A stretch of DNA of 64,000 nucleotides from Clostridia bacterium (GCA_017614315.1 JAGACA010000007.1:68433-132432), one strand, 5' to 3'; shown: positions 1 through 8,569, numbered from the stretch's first letter. The notes: generated by a model from the letters alone, not told the origin. Program-made: numbers and translations.

Positions 1-441
1 CTTTCCCGCCTCGATACCTTCACCGATCTCCTTGTTGTTAGCTCTGACAGCAAGCATATAATCGAACACGTCGTCGCTCGTGATAATTCTTGATCCGTTC
101 GGTACCCGATAATCATCGCCCTCATCGTCACAACCCATAGAGTAACTGCATGCATCGACATAAGAGTCAAAGAGCTCTCCAGAATTATACGGAGCGATCC
201 TCTTGAGTTCCAGCTTTTGAGCTATCAGATTAAGAAGAGTGCTTTTGCCTGAACCGTTGCCGCCGTAGAAGATGGTAACTTTCCCAAAAGCGATATTCCC
301 CAGATCCTTCTCATCAAAGATATGGCAGGGATAGATATTGTCGATATACGGGAAGCACCCGCCGTTTTCGGCAGCACGCGCGCGAATCAAGCGTTCTTCC
401 TTATCTATCGGTAATGAAAAAGAGCTCAAATATACGGGCAT
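1..441 (-). CDS. P-loop (AAA/ABC-like) ATPase, N-terminal part; gene runs off the window start
   Basis: Absent from the ORF track because it is truncated. Minus-strand ATG at 441 is preceded by GAGGAG. Translation MPVYLSSFSLPIDKEE...VTIFYGGNGSGKSTLLNLIAQKL contains a Walker A motif. AT-rich like the cargo island. Confidence 0.6.
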   Translation of the reverse strand, partial: MPVYLSSFSLPIDKEERLIRARAAENGGCFPYIDNIYPCHIFDEKDLGNIAFGKVTIFYGGNGSGKSTLLNLIAQKLELKRIAPYNSGELFDSYVDACSYSMGCDDEGDDYRVPNGSRIITSDDVFDYMLAVRANNKEIGEGIEAGK

Positions 442-625
442 CGTTTTTTCTCCTCTCAAGGAATCCTCTCGTTTAGTTGGCCCTATTCCTTGTTTCATTG
501 AGATTATACAGTATTAGCCATAGAAATGCGACACAAAAAATGGTACTCAGTATCAGCATGCAGCAATATATTATACGCTGAATAATGTATCGCCAGGCGA
601 TTTGAAACAGTATTGTTCGGAGTGG

Positions 626-667
626 AAAATAAAAACACAAAACCCGAGCGTTACGCCCGCTCGGGTT
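626..667 (-). terminator. Rho-independent terminator after integrase gene
   Basis: Perfect 10-bp stem AACCCGAGCG/CGCTCGGGTT (641-650/658-667) with a 7-nt loop. On the minus strand it is followed by TTGTGTTTTTATTTT. Confidence 0.7.
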
Positions 668-686
668 GAAAAAGGTCGAGTATGTT

Positions 687-1841
687 TCACTTTTCAGGAG
701 TGTCTTCGCTCCAATAGCCCATCGCTGCAATATGCCCGTTCAGGTTTTCTATGGCACCGTCAACCTTGAATTTCGTTAAGTGCGTGTACACCGATAATGT
801 CATCTCCACGCTGGCATGGCCGAGAAACTTCTGCGCGGATTTCACATCAACACCGGCATCATACAGCAACGTCGCATAAGTATGCCTGAGCATATGTGCG
901 GTAAACGGCTTGATGACCAGTTCCTTGTTCCTGCTTCGGGAAGCGTTTCGTCCCCCATAGTAGAGGTTCAGGTGATTCATGTATGAATGCCATGCGCTGC
1001 TGTAAGCAGAGTCGGACATGTATCCGCCGGAGGAATCCGGGCAGACGACATCCTTGGGAGCACCTTTAACTTCCATCAGCACATCATGCAGAAAACGCGG
1101 GATAGGTACTTCCCGTATTCCTGCCCTGGACTTGGGTTTTTTGATCGCCGGTTGATTCTTGATTACAGTTACAGACTTATTCACGGTAATAATATCGCGC
1201 TTTAGATCAATATCTTTCCAGTGCAGTGCGAGCATCTCTCCTTTACGCAGTCCGCAATAGAGCATTATCAAGGCAGGATATCCCATGAAGTGTGATGACC
1301 ATGTCTCATTAACCATTTTTATCTGGTCATCATCCAAAGCCTCCCTTTCTTTAGCTTCCTTCCGGGGAATAGTAACCCTTTCGAACACATTCCGTGTTAT
1401 CATTTCGGAATCCACAGCAAGATTCAGGATCCGCACAGCGGTTTGCTTTATCTGCTTCATGGTCGACGTAGAAAGTCCCTCGCGTGCTTTCTCGCCGATA
1501 AGGATCTGGAAATGAATCGCTTTCAGGTCTTTGATTTTCATAGAACCGAGAGACGGAAGCAAATGCCTTTCTATCAGACCGGTCTGCCTGTATATCCATT
1601 TTTCCGTCATTCCGGCTCCCTGGCTTTCAAGCCAGAGGTTTGCAAGCACTCCAAAGGATGTGTTTCCTGCATTATATCCGATGCCCAAGCGTATTCCGTC
1701 GGTGGCTTCGGCGATTTTCTCCTCTAGCTCCTTCTGGGTTTTTGCATAGACGGTCTTTCTGATGTATGAGCCGTCCGTCCTTTTGCCGACATTGATCTGC
1801 TTTTGATAAAGCCCGTTTTCGCGTTTCTTTTGTTTAGGCAT
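687..1841 (-). CDS. int: Tyrosine site-specific integrase
   Basis: 384 aa. C-terminal catalytic region is FTAHMLRHTYATLLYDAGVDVKSAQKFLGHASVEMTLSVYTHL (R, HxxR, H..Y pattern). N-terminal arm-binding-like segment is NGLYQKQINVGKRTDGSYIRKTVYAKTQKE. Confidence 0.9.
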   Translation of the reverse strand: MPKQKKRENGLYQKQINVGKRTDGSYIRKTVYAKTQKELEEKIAEATDGIRLGIGYNAGNTSFGVLANLWLESQGAGMTEKWIYRQTGLIERHLLPSLGSMKIKDLKAIHFQILIGEKAREGLSTSTMKQIKQTAVRILNLAVDSEMITRNVFERVTIPRKEAKEREALDDDQIKMVNETWSSHFMGYPALIMLYCGLRKGEMLALHWKDIDLKRDIITVNKSVTVIKNQPAIKKPKSRAGIREVPIPRFLHDVLMEVKGAPKDVVCPDSSGGYMSDSAYSSAWHSYMNHLNLYYGGRNASRSRNKELVIKPFTAHMLRHTYATLLYDAGVDVKSAQKFLGHASVEMTLSVYTHLTKFKVDGAIENLNGHIAAMGYWSEDTPEK

Positions 1842-2076
1842 CTGTCTTCCGCTCCTTTTCCTTGAGCCAATTAATGAAGCTTTCTTTCTTCACCCTCCGC
1901 TGACTGTTCAATAGAAGCAACGGAAAGTCATCCGCTTCGGTGATGGTGTAAGCGGATGCAACGGAAATTCTGAGAACATCCGCCACATCCTTAACCATAA
2001 GAAACTCCGGAAGCTCATCGTAGCTCCGATACTCCTTGGGTATATGTATTCTGCGTTCTCGTCTTTCATCGGCCAT
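1834..2076 (-). CDS. Xis-like helix-turn-helix protein (copy 4)
   Basis: 80 aa. HTH segment VKDVADVLRISVASAYTI, then C-terminal FINWLKEKE. The stop overlaps the int start by 8 nt. Confidence 0.6.
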   Translation of the reverse strand: MADERRERRIHIPKEYRSYDELPEFLMVKDVADVLRISVASAYTITEADDFPLLLLNSQRRVKKESFINWLKEKERKTDA

Positions 2077-2278
2077 TTTTCTCGTCCTCCTTTTCGAGCC
2101 ACTCGAAGAAACTGTCTTTTAATACCAGGTCACGCTTCATTATCTCCAACTTTGGGAAATCTTCGCGTTTGAATAGGCTCCTTGCTGCCGACTCTCCGAT
2201 CCTCAACAAGTACTTAATGTCCTGAACATTGAGAATGATCGGGAGCTTACTTGGACTGATCCTGTTTTTGCGTTTCAT
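2066..2278 (-). CDS. Xis-like helix-turn-helix protein (copy 3)
   Basis: 70 aa. HTH segment VQDIKYLLRIGESAARSLF, then FFEWLEKE. Overlaps the neighbouring genes. Confidence 0.6.
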   Translation of the reverse strand: MKRKNRISPSKLPIILNVQDIKYLLRIGESAARSLFKREDFPKLEIMKRDLVLKDSFFEWLEKEDEKNGR

Positions 2279-2465
2279 GCTTATCCTCCTTTGAATTTTG
2301 ATCTACCCAGGAAAAGAAACGGTCTTTCCTTACGCAGAACCGGTTCCCGATAATCATTTTCGGGAAATCGGGCCTTGCAAAAAGAGTATAAGCGTATTCC
2401 TTGGATATGTTGAGGATGTCGGCGACATTTGAAACATACAATACAATCTTTTTTTCGTAATTCAT
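2247..2465 (-). CDS. Xis-like helix-turn-helix protein (copy 2)
   Basis: 72 aa. HTH segment VSNVADILNISKEYAYTLF, then FFSWVDQ. Confidence 0.6.
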   Translation of the reverse strand: MNYEKKIVLYVSNVADILNISKEYAYTLFARPDFPKMIIGNRFCVRKDRFFSWVDQNSKEDKHETQKQDQSK

Positions 2466-2674
2466 TGTGCATTCTCCTCCAGAGAGCTCAGCCAGTCCAA
2501 AAGATGAGTCCGGGTTACAAACCTCCGCTTGCCGATTGTGATTGTCTGGAAAGCTTCCCCCTTGCGGAACAGTTCTCTTGAGTAGTTGATCGAGATGCCG
2601 AGAACAGCCGCTACGTCTGCAGGTGCAAGCAGCAACGGGAGTGATTCTAAAACTTCATCATACGTTTGGAACAT
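2462..2674 (-). CDS. Xis-like helix-turn-helix protein (copy 1)
   Basis: 70 aa. HTH segment APADVAAVLGISINYSRELF, then LLDWLSS. 4-nt overlap with the next gene. Confidence 0.6.
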   Translation of the reverse strand: MFQTYDEVLESLPLLLAPADVAAVLGISINYSRELFRKGEAFQTITIGKRRFVTRTHLLDWLSSLEENAQ

Positions 2675-3248
2675 TGTAACCTGCCTCCTTAAATCTCCTG
2701 CGAATCCTCTTTATTGCGTTATGGATTGATTCAGAAACTGACTGTAAGGATGTGCCCTCCTCGGCTGCTATTGCTTCGAGAGTCATCCCGTCACCATAAT
2801 ACTTATAAAGCCGCGCAGCAACAGTCTCGGATGTTTCTTCTGATATGAACTGAATTAGAAGGGCATGGCACTCGTTCTTTATCACTTCATCCTCTGTGGA
2901 AGATGCCTTGGGGAGAGCGTATTCCATTTCCAGCGTAACGCCAGGTGCTACCAGCCGGTCCCATTTTTTCCGGCTCTTGGTCTCTTTTCTCCTGAATCTG
3001 ATAAACTGTTTATCGAGCTTAACGTCATATGGGGTTTTCGAGAGCACATCTTTGTATAAACTGCGATCTTCTTCACTATACAACTTAATTCTGTACTTCT
3101 CTTTTTTCCTCTTTTCAGCTGCACGGGAGGAGTCGTCAGGAGTATAGGAGCCATTGCCAAGCTCCTGCTGATTCTTAAACTTGCTCTCAGGCAAACTCCC
3201 GGTTTCTGATGCCTTGCTTCGATCTCTTTCAATAGTTTTGAAAACCAT
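2658..3248 (-). CDS. Sigma-70 region-4-like HTH protein (Tn916 Orf7-like)
   Basis: 196 aa. C-terminus YYGDGMTLEAIAAEEGTSLQSVSESIHNAIKRIRRRF resembles sigma region 4. RBS AAAGGA lies upstream. Confidence 0.6.
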   Translation of the reverse strand: MVFKTIERDRSKASETGSLPESKFKNQQELGNGSYTPDDSSRAAEKRKKEKYRIKLYSEEDRSLYKDVLSKTPYDVKLDKQFIRFRRKETKSRKKWDRLVAPGVTLEMEYALPKASSTEDEVIKNECHALLIQFISEETSETVAARLYKYYGDGMTLEAIAAEEGTSLQSVSESIHNAIKRIRRRFKEAGYNVPNV

Positions 3249-3285
3249 ATTACTTGATCCTTTCGTTGCTTTTTATAGTTCGTGC

Positions 3286-3337
3286 AATAAAAAACCGGCA
3301 GATAGACTTATCCCGTCTGGGATAATCCATCTGCCGG
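3286..3337 (-). terminator. Strong rho-independent terminator upstream of the sigma-xis-int unit
   Basis: Hairpin at 3295-3337: outer stem CCGGCAGAT/ATCTGCCGG plus inner stem TTATCCC/GGGATAA. On the minus strand it is followed by TTTTTTATT. Confidence 0.8.
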
Positions 3338-3461
3338 AAACCTCTTGATCCTCAGCCAAGTCCGATCACTTAACAGATCCGGTCTGCTGTTGCCGATGCC
3401 CTTAACGATACACAGCCGAGTACGGCACTTTACCGGGCAGCAAAACCGCAGTATTCTTTTG

Positions 3462-3653
3462 TTAGTCCGATGCCTTTCCTGACTTTTTCTCCAAAACTTC
3501 CACGGACACCTTAGAGTCCTGGTCAACTGTGAGCTTCAGCGGATGACCGCATCTTGAGCAGGTCAGCTCTATCAAGTCACACCGCTTTGACCTGCCTATC
3601 GGTTTACCGCACTTCGGGCAGAAAGCATACAACAAAGATTCAATCGCTTCCAT
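3462..3653 (-). CDS. Small zinc-ribbon protein
   Basis: Start re-set to the ATG at 3653 (RBS GAGGTGG 7 nt upstream). 63 aa, MEAIESLLYAFCPKCG...CSRCGHPL, with two CxxC pairs. The longer track ORF (to 3815) overlaps the next gene. Confidence 0.6.
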   Translation of the reverse strand: MEAIESLLYAFCPKCGKPIGRSKRCDLIELTCSRCGHPLKLTVDQDSKVSVEVLEKKSGKASD

Positions 3654-3697
3654 ATCTGATCCACCTCGGTTCTGCCTTACGGTTTCTGCGTTCATTT

Positions 3698-3898
3698 TTA
3701 AACGGCCTTCCTTGCGAGATAAGCGGGCAACTGATTCCATGAAAGAAGAGGGAGCGTTACCATACCGTGGGTCATAAACGCTATATCCTGCGATTCGGTA
3801 TTGCAGTGTTCGCAAATCATTCTCCCATCCGTTTCCTCAAGGTAGAGTCCCTTGTTCACTGTGCCGCAAACCGGGCACTTAACGTCGTACTGTTTCAT
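3698..3898 (-). CDS. Small zinc-ribbon protein
   Basis: Start re-set to the ATG at 3898 (GGAGG 7 nt upstream). 66 aa, MKQYDVKCPVCGT...CEHCNTES, with two CxxC pairs. Confidence 0.6.
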   Translation of the reverse strand: MKQYDVKCPVCGTVNKGLYLEETDGRMICEHCNTESQDIAFMTHGMVTLPLLSWNQLPAYLARKAV

Positions 3899-3911
3899 AG
3901 TCATGCCTCCG

Positions 3912-4235
3912 TTACAAATCCAAAATTTTAATCGTGTAAATATCATCGAACAGTATTGGTTCGTCATCCAGCTTCAACCGCCTAAAAGCGGTGTTCAGGT
4001 AGGTCACAGTACCGGTTCTGACCACGTCGTGAAAGGCCTTGTAGTAGGATATCTCGACCTTCATGCCTCGCTGAAGTCTCAGCATGGTTCGTGAATTGGC
4101 ATCGGCGTCCTCCTCCGAGATCCCGTGCTTATCCACCCTTGAATGGCGTTCCTCACGGTCTCTCAGAGCTTCCTGGAGTCCTTTCATCGCGTCGAACGGC
4201 GCAAATTGCTTAGCTCTTTCCGCTCGGGTCATCAT
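3912..4235 (-). CDS. YolD-like protein (accessory to Y-family polymerase)
   Basis: 107 aa. RAERAKQFAPFDAMKGLQEALRDRE and the later ..EISYYK.. pattern are typical of YolD-like proteins. It lies immediately downstream of, and overlaps, the polymerase gene. Confidence 0.7.
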   Translation of the reverse strand: MMTRAERAKQFAPFDAMKGLQEALRDREERHSRVDKHGISEEDADANSRTMLRLQRGMKVEISYYKAFHDVVRTGTVTYLNTAFRRLKLDDEPILFDDIYTIKILDL

Positions 4236-5496
4236 AGCCTGCTCTGTGTCCTCCTATAAACGTGTTCCGTTCCCGCTGGGTGCCTTCCGGCATGAAATTG
4301 ATGCCGTTCAGCACAGCGTTCTTGCCAAATCGCTGCCTTATGTCTATCACAGCCTGCTGCGCGGTCTTTTCGCGTTCGACCGCGTCGAAGTCCGTGAACA
4401 GGTCGTAGCCTTCACAGCCCTCGTCGCATACGTCGTTGAACGCGATCCCGAGCCTTCGTATCGGAACGTTCCGGTTCGTTGTTCTCTCGTACACTTCCAC
4501 CGCAGCTTCTGTAAGGAAGGAAGCGAGAGCTGTGGTCACGGTGAGCTTTGTTCCGCCTTTTGTCGGCGGGATCTCGTCGTGAGAGTATCCGACGAATATG
4601 CTGACCTTGTTCGTTATGACCTTGCGCCGCATGAGTTCGGCAGCGCCGTTCAGAGCCATTTCGTGTATTACGGTCTTTGCTTCATCATAGCTGTAATCAC
4701 GCGGGAGTATCTGTGAGAACGATACGGACTTTGATTTGCTTTTATAGCCTTTTATGTCCGATATCAAGCACGGTTCCCGTCCCCATGCGTGATCTATCAG
4801 CAGCTCGGCATTCTTGCCGAAGATCCTGTACATAAGGTCTGTCGGAAGGTTAGTGATACCGCGCATATCGTACACGCCGTATCTTTCAAGCCGGCGGGCA
4901 GTGCCGTTTGCTACCATCCAAAAGTCTGTGATCGGGCGGTGATCCCATAGCGTCCTCCTGTAAGTCTCTTCATCCAGATATCCGATATGATCCCTGGCAT
5001 GCTTTGCGGTGATATCCAGCGCTATCTTCGCAAGATACAGATTGGTACCTATCCCGGCGGTAGAAGGGATGCGATACCGGTCCGCGATCTGATTCATCAG
5101 AAACTTGGCAAAAGAAAAAGCGTCGGTCCTGTAAGTTGCGAGGTATTCCGTGACATCGAGGAATGCCTCGTCTATGGAGTACACATGGATATCCTCTGCA
5201 GCAATGTAGTCAAGGTATAGCGAGTAGATATCGGCGGTGTACTCTATGTATAAAGCCATACGGGGCGGTGCGACTTCATACTTCACGTCCCGCGGGATAT
5301 CGGACAGCCTGCAGCGGTTCTTTATCCCGAGTGTCTTCATATGCGGGGTGATTGCAAGACAGAGCGCGTTCCTTCCGCGGGTCAGATCTGCGACTACAAG
5401 GTTTGTTTCAAAAGGATTAAGCCTGCGTTCAGCGCACTCTACCGAAGCGTAGAATGATTTCATGTCTATGCAGAAGTATGTGCGCTGCCGTTCCAT
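4210..5496 (-). CDS. Y-family (UmuC/UvrX/DinB-like) translesion DNA polymerase
   Basis: 428 aa. N-terminus YFCIDMKSFYASVECAERRLNP..NLVVAD and SIDEAFLDVT are Y-family catalytic motifs. Confidence 0.9.
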   Translation of the reverse strand: MERQRTYFCIDMKSFYASVECAERRLNPFETNLVVADLTRGRNALCLAITPHMKTLGIKNRCRLSDIPRDVKYEVAPPRMALYIEYTADIYSLYLDYIAAEDIHVYSIDEAFLDVTEYLATYRTDAFSFAKFLMNQIADRYRIPSTAGIGTNLYLAKIALDITAKHARDHIGYLDEETYRRTLWDHRPITDFWMVANGTARRLERYGVYDMRGITNLPTDLMYRIFGKNAELLIDHAWGREPCLISDIKGYKSKSKSVSFSQILPRDYSYDEAKTVIHEMALNGAAELMRRKVITNKVSIFVGYSHDEIPPTKGGTKLTVTTALASFLTEAAVEVYERTTNRNVPIRRLGIAFNDVCDEGCEGYDLFTDFDAVEREKTAQQAVIDIRQRFGKNAVLNGINFMPEGTQRERNTFIGGHRAGYDDPSGKS

Positions 5497-5498
5497 GA

Positions 5499-6092
5499 TT
5501 ATTGCTCAATATCCTTCAGTACCTTTACCGCGATTCCCTGTATCTCGCAGTTGTCAACATAGATGTCTTCCATCGAGGAGTTCTCCGGGTGCAGACGGAT
5601 ACGGCCTTTTTCCGGATAGAACCGTTTCAAAGTAGCTTCGTCGTCCACCAGGGCAACGACCATCTGACCTTCATTTGCAGAGTTCTGTCTGCGGACGATC
5701 ACAAGGTCTCCGTCGTCGATACCGGCTTCGATCATACTGTCACCGTTGGCTCGAAGTATGAAGAAGTCTCCCTTTCCGATGAGCGAGAGAGGCAAAGGAA
5801 GGTACTCTTCAATGTTCTCTTCCGCAAACTTCGGAATACCGCAGGCTACGGAGCCCAGCAGGGGTACTCGAGCGATCGGAGACTTTGACTTCGTAGTGAC
5901 CATCGTGCGCCATCCGGAATAATCAAGTATCCCGTCTTTACGCATCTGTGCTATATAGCGCTGTACAGTGGCCTTCGATGATCCGACGCCGTCGGCAACC
6001 TCCTGCATCGTAGGAGATATACCTGCGTTGTCGGTGAAGTTGCTTATGAACCTCTCGATCGAAGCCATCAGTTCCTTGTCCTTGCTTCTCAT
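5499..6092 (-). CDS. lexA: LexA-like S24 autopeptidase repressor
   Basis: Start re-set to the ATG at 6092 (GGAGGTG upstream). N-terminal winged HTH (MQEVADGVGSSKATVQRYIAQM). Cleavage-site-like VACG. S24 Ser/Lys dyad motifs GDSM and TLKRF. Confidence 0.85.
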   Translation of the reverse strand: MRSKDKELMASIERFISNFTDNAGISPTMQEVADGVGSSKATVQRYIAQMRKDGILDYSGWRTMVTTKSKSPIARVPLLGSVACGIPKFAEENIEEYLPLPLSLIGKGDFFILRANGDSMIEAGIDDGDLVIVRRQNSANEGQMVVALVDDEATLKRFYPEKGRIRLHPENSSMEDIYVDNCEIQGIAVKVLKDIEQ

Positions 6093-6110
6093 GTCAACAC
6101 CTCCAATATA

Positions 6111-6122
6111 AGACACGTGTCT
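6111..6122. promoter_or_regulatory. 12-bp perfect palindrome AGACACGTGTCT in the lexA-like 5' UTR (candidate operator)
   Basis: Perfect dyad located between the predicted -10 and the RBS of the repressor gene. Confidence 0.4.
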
Positions 6123-6135
6123 CATTTGCGTGGTT

Positions 6136-6185
6136 ATTATACACAGCTGCAAAACCGGAGTCAATAGTATTTCGAACAAATTTTC
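6136..6185 (-). promoter_or_regulatory. Promoter of lexA-like operon with overlapping Cheo-box-like site
   Basis: On the minus strand: TTGACT (6159-6164), 17 nt spacer, TATAAT (6136-6141). GAAAATTTGTTC (6174-6185) differs at one position from GAAC-N4-GTTC. Confidence 0.6.
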
Positions 6186-6276
6186 TTTATAGCACGATAG
6201 AGTCGATTTCTGGCGACAATACAATGGTTCTGTTGTTCCAATTACCGACTTTTCTCTTCCATTTTCGCAGGCGATA

Positions 6277-6285
6277 TGTTATAAT
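6277..6285 (+). promoter_or_regulatory. Extended -10 (TGTTATAAT) upstream of WYL regulator 1
   Basis: TGnTATAAT match 39 nt upstream of the ATG at 6324. The -35 is weak. Confidence 0.45.
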
Positions 6286-6323
6286 AACAATTGGCGTAAT
6301 CTATCCGACGGGAAGGAGCAAGT

Positions 6324-7301
6324 ATGGCGACCTCGAACTATCAGAAGATCAAGATGCTCAAGCTCATGGAGATGCTGCGCACTGACGCCGATGAAACGCA
6401 TCCCCTGACTACGGATGAGATATGCCTCCGACTGGAAGAGATGGAGATCTCCTGTGACCGCAGGACGGTCACAAAGGATATCGAACTCCTCAACCAGTAT
6501 GGGTATGAGGTGCTGAGTCGTATGGTCGGGCATAAGAAGGGGTACTTCCTTGCCGACAGAAGCTTCTCCCTGTCCGAACTCAAGATTCTGATCGACGCCG
6601 TCCAGGCCGCCTCATTTATTACCGAAAAGAAGTCGGAAGAGCTTATCGGAAAGATCGCAGGTCTCGGCAGCAGCTACCGAGCCGATCTGCTCAAAAACAG
6701 CCTCGTCAGATTCAATACGTCCAAGCATACGAACGAACAGGTCTATTATGCCGTTCTGAACATCGAAACCGCACTCCTCGAAAGGAAGAAGGTTTCGTTT
6801 TTCTATTATGATCTTGATGAGAACGGCGAACGAGTGTACCGAAAGAACAAGCGCCGCTATATTGTCGATCCCGTTTCGCTCGTTATGCACGAGGACAACT
6901 ACTACCTGCTTGCATACAGCGAGAAGTACCACGGCCGCACGACCTACCGCATCGACCGTATGGAGACCGTGGATATCGAGGACTCTTCTATTTGTACTGA
7001 AGCGCAGGACATGCAGAGCTCCGTCGACGAGCATGTGAAGCAAGCTTTCCGCATGTACGGCGGCCGTATTGCGAAGGTCACTCTCCAGTTCGATCGTTCG
7101 CTCATCGGCTGCATCTACGATAAGTTCGGCGAGGATACGAAGATTACCTCCCAGGGAAACGACCTATTCCGTACGACCGTCAATGTTCAGGTCGCTCCGA
7201 CCTTCTTCGGCTGGGTGTTCCAGTTCATGGGCAAGATGGAGATCGTAGGGCCGAAGAGCGTTAAAGAAAAGTATTTGTCGCTTCTCAATGCCAAGTTATG
7301 A
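6324..7301 (+). CDS. WYL-domain transcriptional regulator (HTH-WYL-WCX type), copy 1
   Basis: 325 aa. N-terminal HTH (LTTDEICLRLEEMEISCDRRTVTKDIELL). Collinear paralogue of 25969-26988, sharing the blocks ELKILIDxVQAASFIT, EDNYYL, QAFRM, DKFGE and TFFGW. Confidence 0.8.
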   Translation: MATSNYQKIKMLKLMEMLRTDADETHPLTTDEICLRLEEMEISCDRRTVTKDIELLNQYGYEVLSRMVGHKKGYFLADRSFSLSELKILIDAVQAASFITEKKSEELIGKIAGLGSSYRADLLKNSLVRFNTSKHTNEQVYYAVLNIETALLERKKVSFFYYDLDENGERVYRKNKRRYIVDPVSLVMHEDNYYLLAYSEKYHGRTTYRIDRMETVDIEDSSICTEAQDMQSSVDEHVKQAFRMYGGRIAKVTLQFDRSLIGCIYDKFGEDTKITSQGNDLFRTTVNVQVAPTFFGWVFQFMGKMEIVGPKSVKEKYLSLLNAKL

Positions 7302-7351
7302 ATTGAGTAACATGCAAGAAATATAGTAATATTGAAAGAAGAGAGTGTGTC

Positions 7352-8488
7352 ATGAGTGAAGTAAAAAAGCTTCGTGTCTTTGAGGCATTTGCAGGTATTG
7401 GGGCCCAGGCCTCAGCTTTAGAGCGGCTTGGGATCAATTATGAAATTGTAGGAATTAGCGACTGGTTTATTGACGCAATTGAATGTTATGCAGCTATTCA
7501 CTGTGAGAATGTCGAAGTGGATGTTCCCCAGGATATTAAACTCGTCGAAGAATACCTTAATCAGTTTACGTTTAGTGCTACGTCTATTAGGCCAACTAAC
7601 TTAAAGATTCTATCTGAAGATCAAAAACGCGATTTATACAGGGCAAATAAAAAAGCAAATAACTACGGGTCCATAACTGAATTAAAGGGCGCGGATATGC
7701 CATTAACAGATTTGCTTGTTTACAGTTTTCCTTGTCAGGACCTTTCAACAGGTGGACTAGGGAAAGGCATGAAAAAAGGCTCCGGTACACACTCCGGACT
7801 GCTTTGGGAGATTGAAAGGATTTTAAAAGAGCTTTCAGCTCTTAATAGATTACCGGAATATCTATTGCTTGAGAACGTGAAGACTATTAAAGCAGATAAG
7901 AACAAAGAAGATCTTGAACAATGGTTGGGGTTTTTGAACTCAATAGGGTACTCAAACAGTAATTGCATGATTCTAAATGCATTGGATTTTGGAGTGCCCC
8001 AGGATCGCGAAAGAGCATTTATTGTCAGCCATTTAGGAGAGGTCCTAAATGTTAAAGAGAAAATCGAATCCAAAAAGAAAGAGCGACAGTACAATATTCA
8101 CGATTTCATAATGGATGATTATCAAAACCCAACTTACAAGCGGGAAGCAAACATCGCGCAACTAAATAAAACTCCCTCGAGAGATGTAATGTGGGAGATT
8201 AACGGAAAAGAGATAAACGACAACACAATAATCAGAACCATAACGTGCAATATGGATCGGACACATACTGCAGCTTTGTTCGAATACACCGGCCCAAAGG
8301 GGAAGACTTACCGAAGACTAACGCTTCGTGAAGCCTTCCTGTTAATGGGGTTCACTGCTGATGAATACGAAAAAGCAGCATCTCTTGGATATAGTTACCG
8401 TAAGCTTAATAAGTTAATCGGCAACTCTATTGTTGTGAACGTGCTGGAAGCTGTATTTGATTCAATGTTCGGTGATAAGTATAAATAA
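7352..8488 (+). CDS. dcm: DNA (cytosine-5) methyltransferase
   Basis: 378 aa. Motif I FAGIGAQ, motif IV PCQDLS, motif VI ENV, motif VIII QDRERAF, motif X GNSIVV. Confidence 0.95.
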   Translation: MSEVKKLRVFEAFAGIGAQASALERLGINYEIVGISDWFIDAIECYAAIHCENVEVDVPQDIKLVEEYLNQFTFSATSIRPTNLKILSEDQKRDLYRANKKANNYGSITELKGADMPLTDLLVYSFPCQDLSTGGLGKGMKKGSGTHSGLLWEIERILKELSALNRLPEYLLLENVKTIKADKNKEDLEQWLGFLNSIGYSNSNCMILNALDFGVPQDRERAFIVSHLGEVLNVKEKIESKKKERQYNIHDFIMDDYQNPTYKREANIAQLNKTPSRDVMWEINGKEINDNTIIRTITCNMDRTHTAALFEYTGPKGKTYRRLTLREAFLLMGFTADEYEKAASLGYSYRKLNKLIGNSIVVNVLEAVFDSMFGDKYK

Positions 8489-8569
8489 CTTTCAGACGAA
8501 AGATGTAACGAACCTAGGCAGAGTGATAAACAAAAAAGCAGGTTTGCACCGCTTGGAAAGGTAACAAAA

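Noticed and set aside
588-596. 9-bp match TATCGCCAG (588-596) with its reverse complement CTGGCGATA at 49353-49361, as possible ICE terminal inverted repeat or att core
   Set aside because: A single 9-mer match between two regions of a few hundred bp is expected by chance. There is no extended flanking similarity.
636-660. AACCCGAG shared between the int-proximal region and the tRNA T-arm (TTCGAACCCGAG) as a possible tRNA-derived direct repeat
   Set aside because: Only 8 nt are shared, and here they form the stem of the integrase terminator. No further tRNA-like sequence flanks them.
4084-4716. 210-aa plus-strand ORF inside the Y-family polymerase gene
   Set aside because: It is antisense to a gene with clear catalytic motifs. 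It has no RBS and no motif.
5499-6224. N-terminal extensions of track ORFs (LexA-like to 6224, sortase to 28080, 39233-40186, ParA to 48847, WYL-2 to 27018, Z1 from 9909, zinc-ribbon ORFs to 3815/3967)
   Set aside because: Internal ATGs with proper Shine-Dalgarno spacing give proteins that begin where the homologous families begin. They also remove overlaps with neighbouring genes or promoters.
6215-6235. GGTTCTGTTGTTCC upstream of WYL regulator 1 as a LexA (Cheo) box
   Set aside because: The GTTC elements are direct, not inverted. The site does not fit GAAC-N4-GTTC.
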